A stretch of 64,000 bases of DNA from an uncultured bacterium (GCA_963695095.1 CAVOFT010000001.1:2432001-2496000), one strand, 5' to 3'; positions 20,295 through 34,287 are shown, numbered from the stretch's first letter. The notes: generated from the letters alone by a model not told the origin. Numbers and translations: made by a program.

Positions 20295-21278
20295 TCACTC
20301 CTCGTCGTGCTGGAGGTAGTGGAAGACGCGCGCCTCGTGCTGGCGGGCGAGGTCCTCCATGATCTGGCGATTGAAGCGCTCGGCCGGACTGAGCCCGTAG
20401 ACCTTGAGCATGTGGTTCATGGCGATGGTCTCGGCGATCACGGTGACGTTCTTGCCCGGCACGATCGGCAGCACGACCTGCGGGATGGGCAGGCCCAGGA
20501 TGGGGCTCATCTCGTACTCGAGTCCCACGCGGTCGTAGTGCTTGCCCCGCTCCCAGAGCTCGAGGCGCACTTCCACTTCGATGCGCTTCTGCACGCGGAT
20601 GGCCCGGATGCCGAACATCTCGCGAACGTCGACGACGCCGACACCGCGCACTTCCATGAAGTGCTTCAGGAAGGCATTGCCGCGCCCGATCACGGTCTGC
20701 CCGCGCCTGATCAGCTGGACGACATCGTCGGCCACCAGACGATGTCCGCGCTCGACGAGGTCGAGCACGATCTCGCTCTTGCCGATGCCGCTGGGACCGG
20801 TGAAGAGCAGGCCGACCCCGTAGACGTCGGCGAGCGAGCCATGGATGTTGCCGCGCGGCGAGAAGTGATTCTCGAGGTAGGCGCCCAGCGCGCGCAAGAA
20901 GGGCGTCGTCGGCTGGCTGGTGCCCAGCAGCGGCACCCCGTGCTCGTTGCAGAGCGCGAGCAGCTCCGGCGGCGGCTGCTGGCCGCGCGTCATGATGAGG
21001 CAGGGCACGGCTGCGCAGAAGAGATGGCTGAGGGCCGGCTGCACCTGGGCGGCCGGCAGGCGCTCCAGATAGCTGAACTCGGCGCCGCCGAGGATCTGGA
21101 TCCGCTTGGCCTGGTAGCGTTCGGTAAAGCCCGTGAGCACGAAACCGGGCCGACTCAGCTCCGCCACCGTGATGTCGGTGGCCGAGACCGCCGAATCGCT
21201 CCAGAGCTTGAGCTGGAGCAGCTCGGCGGTCTCCTGGAAGAGCTTCTCGACGGCGAGGCTGTGATTGACGATCTCCAC
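20295..21278 (-). CDS. hprK: HPr kinase/phosphorylase
   Basis: GPSGIGKSE Walker A, HRLVADD, MEVRGVG. Confidence 0.96.
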   Translation of the reverse strand: MEIVNHSLAVEKLFQETAELLQLKLWSDSAVSATDITVAELSRPGFVLTGFTERYQAKRIQILGGAEFSYLERLPAAQVQPALSHLFCAAVPCLIMTRGQQPPPELLALCNEHGVPLLGTSQPTTPFLRALGAYLENHFSPRGNIHGSLADVYGVGLLFTGPSGIGKSEIVLDLVERGHRLVADDVVQLIRRGQTVIGRGNAFLKHFMEVRGVGVVDVREMFGIRAIRVQKRIEVEVRLELWERGKHYDRVGLEYEMSPILGLPIPQVVLPIVPGKNVTVIAETIAMNHMLKVYGLSPAERFNRQIMEDLARQHEARVFHYLQHDEE

Positions 21279-21288
21279 GCCGCCTCCG

Positions 21289-21846
21289 TCAGTCGTCGGA
21301 CCGGATCACGCCATAGCCGCCGTTCCGGCGGCGGTAGGCCACGCTGAGCAGTCCGCGCTCGGCATCGGCGAAGACCCAGAAGTTGTCGCCGTGCACTTCC
21401 ATGCGGCTGATCGCCTGGTCGGGCGTCAAGCGGTCGAGGTGGATGAAGGTCTCCTTGATGACGGGATAGTCCGGGATCACCTCGGTGCTCGCGGCGCCAT
21501 GGATCGTGATCGTGCCGGTCTCCTGCTGCATCTCGCCGGTCGGCTTGGCGCTGCGGCGGCGGCTGAGATTGCGCGTCTTGTACTTGCGCACCTGGCGCTC
21601 GAGCTTGTCGGCGAGGCCATCGATGGCCGCCCTGATGTCGTCCTGATCCTCCTTGCCGGTGAAGTCGGCGTGCTTGGCATGGAGGGTGGCTTCGGCGATG
21701 GACCGGTGCTTCTCCTGCCGCAACAGGATGTGCGCCTCCATGATCCCGTCGAGGTACTTCTCGAGGCGGCCGATCTTCTCCTCGGCATAGTCACGGATCT
21801 CGGGGTCCAGGTCCATCTTCTTGGCGGTGACGGCGATCTGCATCAT
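21289..21846 (-). CDS. hpf: Ribosome hibernation factor (long HPF/RaiA)
   Basis: YAEEKIGRL, AAIDGLADKLERQVRKYK, C-terminal VAYRRRNGGYG; downstream of rpoN. Confidence 0.93.
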   Translation of the reverse strand: MMQIAVTAKKMDLDPEIRDYAEEKIGRLEKYLDGIMEAHILLRQEKHRSIAEATLHAKHADFTGKEDQDDIRAAIDGLADKLERQVRKYKTRNLSRRRSAKPTGEMQQETGTITIHGAASTEVIPDYPVIKETFIHLDRLTPDQAISRMEVHGDNFWVFADAERGLLSVAYRRRNGGYGVIRSDD

Positions 21847-21993
21847 TCACTCCTCTTTGGTGGATGCGAGAAGGCCCGACGGGCTGCCGGGCCGGGAGCG
21901 TGGGCAGATGATGACCGACGGGGCGGGCGGGCGACGCGGTAAGGGGACACGTCCACCTCCGGGGGAGCGCCGCGTTCGGCTCTCCTCGCTCCG

Positions 21994-22022
21994 AGCATAG
22001 CAGCGCCGCTGGCATCCGGCAA
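21994..22022 (-). promoter_or_regulatory. Putative sigma70 promoter of hpf-hprK-PTS genes
   Basis: TTGCCG-17 nt-TATGCT with TGn extension. Confidence 0.6.
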
Positions 22023-22026
22023 GCGC

Positions 22027-23406
22027 CTAGAACTGCTTGCGCAGGCGGGCTGGCAGGACGCTGAGCTGCTCGCGATACTTGGCCACGGTGCGCCGCGCGA
22101 TCATCAGACCCTCTTCGCGCAGGATATCGGCGATCTTCTGATCGCTGAGCGGGTGCTTGGGATCCTCCTTGGCGACGATCTCCTGAATGCGGCTCTTGGC
22201 CGCCTTCGCGCTCACCTCGTCGCCGTCCTCGGTGCTGAGGGAGGAAGAGAAGAAGTACTTGAGCCGGAAGATGCCGCGGGGCGTCTGCACGGTCTTGTTG
22301 TTGGTGACGCGGCTGACCGTGGATTCGTGCATGCCGATCTTGCTCGCCACCTGCTGCAGCGTCAGCGGACGCAGCGCCTGCGGGCCCTTGTCGAAGAACT
22401 CGCGCTGCTCCTCGATGATCGCGGCCATCACCTTGACCATCGTCGCCCGCCGCTGCTCCACCGTGCGAATCAGCCACTGGGCCTGATTGAGCTTGCCTTG
22501 CACGTAGTCCTTCGTGTCGCGACTGGCGGAGACGAGGTACTCCTTGTAGTTGTCGGCGATGCGCAGGCGCGGCAGGTGGCGATCGTTGAGATAGATGACG
22601 TACTCGCCTTCCACCTCTTCGACGACGAGATCGGGGATGATGTACTGCGGCTCTTCGCTGGACAGCTCCAGGCCCGGCTTGGGATCCAGCTCGCCGATGC
22701 TGCGCGCCGCCTCCTGCACGTCGTCGACCGTGAGCTTGAGCTTGCGCGCGATCTCCTGGTACTTGCGCTGCATCAGTTCCGGGAAGTGCTCGCGGATGAT
22801 CTGCGCCACGAGACTGTCCTCTTCGCCCCGCGCCGCGAGCTGCAGCAGCAGGCACTCGGGCAGGTCGCGGGCTGCGATGCCGGGCGGATCGAGGCTCTGC
22901 ACCAGGCGCAGTGCCGCCAGCGCCCGGGCCTCGCCCACCTGGAACACGTTCTGGATCTCGTCGAGGCCGATGGTCAGAAAGCCCCGATCGTCCAGACTGC
23001 CGATCAGGTACTCGCCGATCGCCAGCAACTCGGGATCGGCGGCGCTCATGCGCAACTGGCGCAGCAGATTCTCGCCGGCCGACAGCCGGCTGATCGGCAC
23101 ACGCTCGACGAACTCCTCGGGCAGCTCCTCCTGCTCCTTGTACTGCATCTCGAAGCCGTCATTGAAGACGTCGCTCCAGCTGTCCAGGTTGCCGGCCTGC
23201 GGCTCGTCGCCGCCCTCCTCCTGCTGGCGATCCGGCTCCTCGTCGTCCTCTTCGAACTCGAGCAGCGGATTGGTCTGCATCTCGGCTTTCAACTCCAGCT
23301 CGAGCTCCAGCGTCGGCAACTGGAGCAGGCGCAGTGCCTGCTGCAGGCGCGGCGTCATCACCAGTTGCTGACGCTGGGCGAGCTTGAGCTGGATCTTCAT
23401 CTCCAT
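22027..23406 (-). CDS. rpoN: RNA polymerase sigma-54 factor
   Basis: LVMTPRLQQALRLLQL, HESTVSR, RpoN box ARRTVAKYRE. Confidence 0.97.
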   Translation of the reverse strand: MEMKIQLKLAQRQQLVMTPRLQQALRLLQLPTLELELELKAEMQTNPLLEFEEDDEEPDRQQEEGGDEPQAGNLDSWSDVFNDGFEMQYKEQEELPEEFVERVPISRLSAGENLLRQLRMSAADPELLAIGEYLIGSLDDRGFLTIGLDEIQNVFQVGEARALAALRLVQSLDPPGIAARDLPECLLLQLAARGEEDSLVAQIIREHFPELMQRKYQEIARKLKLTVDDVQEAARSIGELDPKPGLELSSEEPQYIIPDLVVEEVEGEYVIYLNDRHLPRLRIADNYKEYLVSASRDTKDYVQGKLNQAQWLIRTVEQRRATMVKVMAAIIEEQREFFDKGPQALRPLTLQQVASKIGMHESTVSRVTNNKTVQTPRGIFRLKYFFSSSLSTEDGDEVSAKAAKSRIQEIVAKEDPKHPLSDQKIADILREEGLMIARRTVAKYREQLSVLPARLRKQF

Positions 23407-23421
23407 GGGGCGGCTCTTTCG

Positions 23422-24152
<731 letters not shown>

Positions 24153-24156
<4 letters not shown>

Positions 24157-24761
24157 GGGGCCACCTCCTCCCGCTGCACGATCAGGCCGCTCGGTTCGCG
24201 CGCAATGCGCAGGTGATCGAGCCGGCGGTCGCACTCCATGTCGAAGCCCGTGTAGAGGTTCTCGCCGTGCTGCATCTCGACGTAGGCCTCCGTGTGGAAG
24301 AGCTCCCGCTCGCGGTCCCAGTGCAGCACCTCCGTGCGCAGGTCGTAGTTCTCGGCGCTGACCACATGCACGCTGCCGATGGCGGTCATCGCCCCGGTTC
24401 GCTGATCGATGCGGCCCGAGTCGGCGGTCAGGGTGGAATTGAGCTCGCCGCTCTCGCCGTACATATCGACACGAATGCCCCGCGACTCAATCCGCTTCGT
24501 CGCCTGGAAGACCAGCGCCTGCTCGGCGCGAAAGATCCAGCTCAGCCGGCCGGAGTCCGATTCGGTGGTCGTGAAGTCCCAGAGGATCTGATCCGGGCCC
24601 TGGCCCATGGCCTCGACACTGGGCCTGGGGGCCTTTTCACTGCAGCCGAGCAGGGCGGCCAGGACCACGAGCGCCCCGCTGCGCCGGCCCCGCTGCCAAT
24701 GGCGAACTCCGAAGCTCCGGCCCTCAGCGATACTTCCCCGCTGCGCGTTCACGGCGTTCAT
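24153..24761 (-). CDS. lptC: LPS export periplasmic protein LptC (possible lipoprotein; start uncertain)
   Basis: LTADSG, LRTEVLHWD, TGFDMECD jellyroll-like motifs; LLGC lipobox-like segment; lies between kds genes and lptB. Confidence 0.8.
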
Positions 24762-24811
24762 TCCCTTGCTATTCAAGAACTTGCGATAAGCAAGCGGTGA
24801 TCCATGCAGGG

Positions 24812-24840
24812 AGGATAGGCACTGAGGAATCCACTGTCAA
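24812..24840 (-). promoter_or_regulatory. Putative sigma70 promoter of lptC-lptB-rpoN
   Basis: TTGACA-17 nt-TATCCT. Confidence 0.7.
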
Positions 24841-24957
24841 GCAATCCATATGCCAGGAAGCATCGGGAATCAGGAGAAAGTACTTGACACTTCAAGCCCT
24901 TGTGCGAACGGCCCGCCAGGTCGCCGCATCTAGGTCAATGGCTTTGAATAGAAGCGT

Positions 24958-25947
24958 TTAGCTGAGACCAGCCCGCAGGATGTCGTGCAGATGGACGACG
25001 CCGAGCAGAGCGCCCGTCGGCCCCGTGACCACGAGGCTGGTGATGGGCCCTGGCCGGTTTGCTTCCATGAGCTGCAGGGCCTCGGCCGCCAGGAGCTCCG
25101 GCCCGACGCAGCGCGGACGGCGGGTGGCCAGGCGGGCGACCGGCTGGTCGAGCAACTCACCGACGCCGGGCGAATCCACGAGCAGCCGCTTGAGGTCGCC
25201 GTCCGTGAGCACGCCGAGCAGTTCCCCGTCGCGGCCGAGGATGCAGGTCATGCCCAGGCCCTTGCGGATGATGACGAGCAGGGCTTCGCGCAGGCTGGTG
25301 TCCTCCCCGATCACCGGCAGCGCCTCGCCCTGGTGCATGAGATCGGCGACGCGCAGGCTGAGCCGGCGACCCAGCACGCCGCTCGGGTGCAGACGCAAGA
25401 AGTCCGCGGCGCCGAAGCCGCGGCGGTCGAGCAGGGCGAGGGCGAGGGCGTCGCCCATCACCATGGCCGCCGTGCTGCTCGTCGTGGGCGCGAGATTCAG
25501 CGGGCAGGCCTCCTCGGCCACGGCGGTATCGAGGCTGACGGCGGCGGCCTTAGCCAGGGGCGAACCCGGACTCCCGCAGATGGCCACCAGCGGGCAGCCC
25601 CGTTCACGCAGGAAGGGCAGCCAGCCGAGCAGTTCCTCGCCCGCCCCGCTCTTGGAGACCATGATGCAGAGGTCCCCGCTGCGCAGGAAGCCGAGATCGC
25701 CATGCGTCGCCTCGGCCGCATGCAGGAAGACGGCCGCCGTGCCGGTCGAGCTGAGCGTGGCTGCGAGCTTGCGGGCGACGTGGCCGGACTTGCCGATGCC
25801 CGTCACGACGACGCGCCCCCGGCAGGCGGCGACGAGTTCCACGGCGGTCAGGAACTCGGCGCCGAGCCGCTCCTCGACGGCGGCCAGGGCCGCGATCGCG
25901 GCCGCAAAGACCTCGCGGCCGCGCGCCACACCGCCGGCTTCAGACAT
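24958..25947 (-). CDS. kdsD: Arabinose-5-phosphate isomerase KdsD/KpsF (SIS + CBS)
   Basis: [33 protein letters not shown]. Confidence 0.95.
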   Translation of the reverse strand: MSEAGGVARGREVFAAAIAALAAVEERLGAEFLTAVELVAACRGRVVVTGIGKSGHVARKLAATLSSTGTAAVFLHAAEATHGDLGFLRSGDLCIMVSKSGAGEELLGWLPFLRERGCPLVAICGSPGSPLAKAAAVSLDTAVAEEACPLNLAPTTSSTAAMVMGDALALALLDRRGFGAADFLRLHPSGVLGRRLSLRVADLMHQGEALPVIGEDTSLREALLVIIRKGLGMTCILGRDGELLGVLTDGDLKRLLVDSPGVGELLDQPVARLATRRPRCVGPELLAAEALQLMEANRPGPITSLVVTGPTGALLGVVHLHDILRAGLS

Positions 25948-26486
25948 CGCCCGGCTCCGGGGCAGCGCTCAGGAAGGGGGCGACCAGCGCCTCCCACTCG
26001 CCGCGGGCGCGCAGGACGCCCTCGATCGCTTCGCGCGCCGCGCCATGCCCGCCACGGCTGGCCAGGGTCCAGGCGCAGCGGGCGAAGAGCTCCGTCGCCG
26101 CGTCGGCCGGACAGGCGCCGAGGCCGGCGGCGGCCATGCCGGGCAGATCGAAGAGATCGTCGCCCACGAAGAGCGCTGTGCCGCGGGTGCAGCCAGTCTC
26201 GGCGAGCAACTCGCGCACGGCCTCGCCCTTGTCGAGGCGGCCCAGGCGCAGGTGCTGCAGGTGCAGGCGCTCGGCGCGCTCGCGAATCTCGGCGTGGTCG
26301 TTGCCGCTGCACAGGGCCACCGCTAGCCCGCCGCGCAGGGCGAGATAGATGCCGAAACCGTCCTTCACGTTCCAGCGCCGACTGCGCGGTTCGCCGCCGC
26401 CCAGGGTGCCGTCGGTGAGCACGCCGTCCACGTCGAAGATGACGAGGCGCAGTCGCGCCAGCCGGGCCGCCAGGGATGCAGGAGGC

Positions 26487-26500
<14 letters not shown>
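25940..26500 (-). CDS. kdsC: Kdo-8-phosphate phosphatase (HAD)
   Basis: FDVDGVLTDG, NVKDG, VGDDLFD, GGHGAARE. Confidence 0.93.
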
Positions 26501-29745
<3,245 letters not shown>

Positions 29746-29762
29746 GGCCTCCCCCCTCCCCA

Positions 29763-29793
29763 CAACGCAAACGGCGGACCCGGAGGCCCGCCG
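29763..29793 (-). terminator. Probable terminator after rpmA
   Basis: CGGCGGGCC-loop-GGTCCGCCG followed by TTTGCGTTGT. Confidence 0.55.
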
Positions 29794-29818
29794 CGCTGCC
29801 GGGAGCTCTGCTGCCGCC

Positions 29819-30073
29819 TCAGGCGGGCAGGACGTTGACGATCTTGCGATCCTTGCCCTTGCGGGCGTACTCGACGGTGCCGTCGATGAGGGCGAACAGC
29901 GTGTCATCCCCGCCGCGGCCCACGTTGGCGCCAGGCAGCAGGTGCGTGCCCCGCTGGCGGACGAGGATGCACCCGGCGCGGACGGCCTGGCCCGCGAAGC
30001 GCTTGACGCCCAGGTACTGCGGCGAGCTGTCGCGCCCGTTGCGGGAGCTGCCGACGCCCTTCTTGTGTGCCAT
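29819..30073 (-). CDS. rpmA: 50S ribosomal protein L27
   Basis: [16 protein letters not shown]...RQRGT. Confidence 0.98.
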   Translation of the reverse strand: MAHKKGVGSSRNGRDSSPQYLGVKRFAGQAVRAGCILVRQRGTHLLPGANVGRGGDDTLFALIDGTVEYARKGKDRKIVNVLPA

Positions 30074-30088
30074 GACTGCCTCCTCGGC

Positions 30089-30397
30089 CTAGGCGATGCC
30101 CTTGATGCGAATCTCGGTGAAGCCCTGCCGGTGGCCCTGAAGCCGCCGGTACTTCTTGCGCCGCTTCTTCTTGAAGACGAGGATCTTGCGGGCGCGGCCC
30201 TGCTTGAGGATCTCGGCCTCCACGCGGGCGCCCTCCACGAAGGGGCTGCCCAGTTTCATCGACTCGCCCTCGCCGATCGCCATAACCTCATTGAATTCAA
30301 CGGCATCGCCGACATTGCCGCTCAGGCTCGGCACCCGCAGCACCTGCTCGGGGACCACCTTGAACTGTCTGCCGGCCATCTTGACGAGCGCGTACAC
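30089..30397 (-). CDS. rplU: 50S ribosomal protein L21
   Basis: MYALVKMAGRQFKV...KKKRRKKYRRLQGHRQ. Confidence 0.98.
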   Translation of the reverse strand: MYALVKMAGRQFKVVPEQVLRVPSLSGNVGDAVEFNEVMAIGEGESMKLGSPFVEGARVEAEILKQGRARKILVFKKKRRKKYRRLQGHRQGFTEIRIKGIA

Positions 30398-30430
30398 GGC
30401 CGTTCCTCCTCACGTAGGGCGAAAGCGTTT

Positions 30431-30459
30431 GAAATACACTACTTGCCCCCGGCTGTCAA
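30431..30459 (-). promoter_or_regulatory. Putative sigma70 promoter of rplU-rpmA
   Basis: TTGACA-17 nt-TATTTC (weak -10). Confidence 0.45.
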
Positions 30460-30479
30460 GGGGCCCGCCGACGATTGCC

Positions 30480-32033
30480 CTAGCGGCTCACCGCCGCCAC
30501 CAGGTCCCGTCCGGTCTCCAGGGCGGTGATCTCGTGCTGCTCGCGGTGCAGACGCGGGTCGTCGAGCAGGTGCAGCTCCACCTTGTGGGCCTCCTGGATC
30601 TCCCCGAAGATGCCCAGGCGACTGCCCCGGATGAAGTGGGCCAGCACCGGGTTGACGCGGATCTGGTACTTGCGCTCGCGGCAGCGCGTGGCGATGCGGC
30701 GGATCGTCGTCTCCAGCTTGTTGGTCAGGCTCTCCACGGACATGATGTGGCCGCGGCCCTCGCAGTAAGGGCAGTCCTCGCTGAAGATGTGCAGCAGGGT
30801 GGGCCGCACGCGCTTGCGGCTCATCTCGATCAGGCCCAGGGGACTGATGTCGAAGACCTTCGTGCGCGCGCGATCCTGGCGGATGTAGCGCTTCAGCTCG
30901 GCGACGACCTTCTTCTTGTCCTCCTCGCTCTCCATGTCGATGAAGTCGATGACGATGATGCCGCCGATGTCCCGCAGCCGCAGCTGGCGCGGGATCTCGC
31001 GGGCCGCCAGCAGATTCGTCTGCAGGATCGTCTCGGCCTGGTTGCGCTTGCCCACGTACTTGCCCGTGTTGATGTCGATCGAGGTGAGCGCCTCGGTGTG
31101 GTCGAAGACCAGGTAACCGCCCCGCTTGAGCCAGACCTGGCGCTGCAGGCTCTGCTCGAGCTCGGCGCGGACGCCGAAGGCGTCGAAGATGGGCAGCTCC
31201 TCGCGATAGTAGAGCACCCGGTTCTCCAGCTCGGGAGCAAAGGTGCGCACGTAGTCCACGAGCTGGGTATGCTCGACCTCGTGGTCGATGAGCAGGCGCT
31301 TGACCTCCTCGTTGAAAACGTCGCGCACGAGACCGATGACCAGGCCCACTTCCTCGCGCAAGCGCACCGGCGCGCGCCGGCCCTGGGTCTTCTCGACGAT
31401 CTCCTGGTGGCGCTGATGGAGCGCGCGCACGTCCTCTTCGAGCTGTTCCTCCTCGACGCGCTCGCCCGCGGTGCGCACGATCACGGCATAGCCTTTGGGC
31501 CGGCAGCGCTGGATGATGCGCTTCAGGCGCGTGCGCTCGTTGCGATCGAGGATCTTGCGGCTGACGCCGATGTAGTCCATGCCCGGCATGACGACGCAGA
31601 ACTTGCCGGGCAGGGAGAGCTGGGCGGTCAGGCGCGGCCCCTTGGTGCCGATGGGCTCCTTGGTGACCTGAACCACCACCTCGTCGCCCTTCTTGAGCAG
31701 GCTTTCGATGGGCGGGTAGCTGACGGTCTCCCGGCGGCCGCGGCTGCTGCGGCTGCCGCGCTCCTCGTCCACCTCCAGTTCCTTGAGCCGTTCGGCGTCG
31801 GCCTCGCCCCAGACGAGGTCCGAAACGTGCAGGAAGCCCGCCTTCTCGTAGCCGATATCGACGAAGGCGGCCTGGATGCCGGGCAGCACCGCCTTGACCA
31901 GGCCCTTGTAGACGTCGCCGACGATGTGCTTGCTATCGCCCCGCTCGACCAGGTACTCGACCAGCTCGTGGTTCTCGAGCACGGCCACCGCCACCTCGGT
32001 CGCGCCGACGTGGACGAAGATCTCCCGCTGCAT
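30480..32033 (-). CDS. rng: Ribonuclease E/G family protein
   Basis: AAFVDIG, QVTKEPIGTKGPRL, IDINTG, RLRDIGGIIVIDFIDM, CPYCEGRG; 517 aa. Confidence 0.94.
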   Translation of the reverse strand: MQREIFVHVGATEVAVAVLENHELVEYLVERGDSKHIVGDVYKGLVKAVLPGIQAAFVDIGYEKAGFLHVSDLVWGEADAERLKELEVDEERGSRSSRGRRETVSYPPIESLLKKGDEVVVQVTKEPIGTKGPRLTAQLSLPGKFCVVMPGMDYIGVSRKILDRNERTRLKRIIQRCRPKGYAVIVRTAGERVEEEQLEEDVRALHQRHQEIVEKTQGRRAPVRLREEVGLVIGLVRDVFNEEVKRLLIDHEVEHTQLVDYVRTFAPELENRVLYYREELPIFDAFGVRAELEQSLQRQVWLKRGGYLVFDHTEALTSIDINTGKYVGKRNQAETILQTNLLAAREIPRQLRLRDIGGIIVIDFIDMESEEDKKKVVAELKRYIRQDRARTKVFDISPLGLIEMSRKRVRPTLLHIFSEDCPYCEGRGHIMSVESLTNKLETTIRRIATRCRERKYQIRVNPVLAHFIRGSRLGIFGEIQEAHKVELHLLDDPRLHREQHEITALETGRDLVAAVSR

Positions 32034-32132
32034 GCCACCCCTTCGCGCGTGCGCGCACGGGGCACCAGCCGCGCCGGGACGCGGGCCTCAACCGAGGGAA
32101 GGGGCGGGCGCCGCTGCCCGCCGAGCGCCGAC

Positions 32133-34052
32133 CTAGGGCAGCGTCTCGAGGGTGATCATCACGCGCCGTGTTCCGGCCGGGAACAGCCATGCTTCGTAGA
32201 GCAGCTGCCGGCCATCGGGCGTGAAGCGAGCGTAGAGCTCTTGTCCCGGGTCGTTGGTCACGCGGTTCACCGCGCCATCGACCTCGCGAATGTAGAGGTC
32301 CGCGCTGCCGTGCGCACTCGAGCTGTAGACGATCCTGCCGCCGTCGTCGGCATAGGCCGGGTAGGCCTCCAGCGCCGCCGAGTTGGTCAGGTTCGCGCTC
32401 CCAGTAACGGTGACTGTATCGGCCACAAAGTCCAGGGTCAGCCGATGGATGTCGCCGCCTTGCACATAGATCAGGTCACTTCCCGTCGGGTTGAAGAATG
32501 GCTGGCGACCCCTGTCATTGGTCAGGGAGATGGGCACTGCCGTTGGGTCGGGCAGCCCATCCGCACCGATTCTTACCACCCAGATCCCATCGCGATTGTA
32601 GTCGGCGTCCTCATCGCTGAGGCCATCCTCGTCGTCGTCGCGCACGGGATCGTAGTCGTTCTTGAGCAGGGCCCGCAGGTTCGCTAGCTTGACCTCAGGG
32701 TCCTGCAGATCGCCGAGCGTATCCTCGCTCGTCCCGGGCCCACCGTCATTCTCCTCGTCTCCGGGGACACCGGGATAGCCATCGCCGTTCATGTCGCCCG
32801 GCTGATCCTCGTCGATCTGGCCGTCGCCGTCGTTGTCGATGCGGTCGACCGGATCCTCGTCGAAGAGCCCGTCGCCGTCGTTGTCGATCGGAACGTAGGG
32901 GTCCTCGTCGATGAGGCCGTCGTTGTCATCGTCGAAGCCATTGATGGGATCCTCGTCGACCGCGCCATCGCCATCGTCATCGAAGCCCGGATCCTTGCCG
33001 TCCTCGTCGAAGAGCCCATCGCCGTCATTGTCGAGAATGTCGAGAGGATCCTCGTCGATGAGGCCATCCTCGTCATCGTCCCAGGCGGGCAGATAGTTCT
33101 GCAAACTCCAGGCGTAGGTGTACGGGGCCGGGTTCTCCACCAGCATCGCCGCTACCTGGGGATCATTGAAGTCGATGCCATGATCGCCGTCGTCGTCGAT
33201 GTCGACGTAGCCCGGCGCGAAATCGCTCGTGCCGCCGGCCAGCACCTCGATCTCGCCCACGGGATCCTCGCCGACCTCGCCGTCGCCGTCATGGTCGTAG
33301 CGGTACAGCAGGGTGTCCGCGTAGGCCAGCCACTGCGCGCCGCCGGCCATCGGCGGCGAGACGCTGGCGTGGTTGCCGCCCGTGAAGCGCCAGTCCTGGC
33401 GCACACGCACCTTCGTGTACCAGTAGTCCCACACCGGCGGCCGGCCGCTTGTGTTCGAGTAGCCTGCCAGCGACGCATCGTAGTCGTTGACGATGTCCTC
33501 GAAGGGCCCACCCAGGGCATCCTGAGGTGCCACGGTGGAGGCGATCTGAGAGACCGCATTGTAGCCCATCGAGTAGAAGATGCGGTCCGTGTGGCCGTCA
33601 TAACAGAGCTGCCGGGGGCCGCTGAAGTAGACCGCGCCAGGATCGCTCGGGAATCCGCCGGCGCCATTATCGGCCTCGTAGCTGCCGATGGAACTGAACT
33701 GCTGATGATCGCTTCGCGTGTAGTGCACGCTGGGATCGTTGTCGTTGGGATACTCTTCCGTCGTCGGGAAGTGCTCGTAGAAACCGTCGCCATCGGCGTC
33801 ATCGAGCACGAGGCGGAAGATGTCGCCGGTGCCCTCGAAGAGGCAGGTGTAGGCGATCGCCAGCCGCTCGCCGTCGGCAGCCAGGGCCACGGGGGCACCC
33901 GCGTCCAGATTGACCGTCAACTCCAGGGAGCGGATCAGGGGGGTGTAGTCAGGCGGGGCCGTGCCCCCGTTCTTGCTGTCACAGGCTCCCAGCAGCCCCA
34001 GCGCCAGCGCCCCGAGCAGAGCGATTCCCCACAGCTTGAGACCATTCTTCAT
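32133..34052 (-). CDS. Secreted lipoprotein with Asp-rich DxDGDGxxDED repeats and C-terminal TolB/PD40-like propeller blades
   Basis: Lipobox LLGAC; about 10 DxDxDG motifs; C-terminal PFFNPTGSDL, PAYADDGGRIVY, ARFTPDGRQL. Confidence 0.8.
   Translation of the reverse strand: MKNGLKLWGIALLGALALGLLGACDSKNGGTAPPDYTPLIRSLELTVNLDAGAPVALAADGERLAIAYTCLFEGTGDIFRLVLDDADGDGFYEHFPTTEEYPNDNDPSVHYTRSDHQQFSSIGSYEADNGAGGFPSDPGAVYFSGPRQLCYDGHTDRIFYSMGYNAVSQIASTVAPQDALGGPFEDIVNDYDASLAGYSNTSGRPPVWDYWYTKVRVRQDWRFTGGNHASVSPPMAGGAQWLAYADTLLYRYDHDGDGEVGEDPVGEIEVLAGGTSDFAPGYVDIDDDGDHGIDFNDPQVAAMLVENPAPYTYAWSLQNYLPAWDDDEDGLIDEDPLDILDNDGDGLFDEDGKDPGFDDDGDGAVDEDPINGFDDDNDGLIDEDPYVPIDNDGDGLFDEDPVDRIDNDGDGQIDEDQPGDMNGDGYPGVPGDEENDGGPGTSEDTLGDLQDPEVKLANLRALLKNDYDPVRDDDEDGLSDEDADYNRDGIWVVRIGADGLPDPTAVPISLTNDRGRQPFFNPTGSDLIYVQGGDIHRLTLDFVADTVTVTGSANLTNSAALEAYPAYADDGGRIVYSSSAHGSADLYIREVDGAVNRVTNDPGQELYARFTPDGRQLLYEAWLFPAGTRRVMITLETLP
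32805..33080 (-). repeat. Coding tandem repeat, ~48 nt period (16 aa), 6 copies
   Basis: TCCTCGTCGA recurs at about 32806, 32854, 32902, 32950, 33001 and 33049; the unit translates as approximately xxxxDNDGDGLxDEDP. Confidence 0.85.
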
Positions 34053-34144
34053 GGAAACCTCACCTCGCGCGGAGGGCTCCGGACGGCGGAGGGGTGGGCG
34101 AAGGGCTTGGGATTCGCAAGCTTGCGTCTACCCTACGGGGATTC

Positions 34145-34173
34145 TGGATAGCACTCGCGCGCCCGGCTGTCAA
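34145..34173 (-). promoter_or_regulatory. Putative sigma70 promoter of the Asp-repeat lipoprotein
   Basis: TTGACA-17 nt-TATCCA with TGn extension. Confidence 0.55.
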
Positions 34174-34287
34174 CTGCCGGCGGGCCCTTCGCCTCGACGC
34201 CCGATCTTGACGATTCAACGAGAAGATGGGGCCTGGCGCCCCCCCACGCAACCCGTTTCTATTGGGGAGTTTCCGAATCGGGCCGGA

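Noticed and set aside
32805..33080. CRISPR-like regularly spaced repeats
   Set aside because: The repeats are in-frame coding repeats with codon-level variation, without unique spacers or cas genes.
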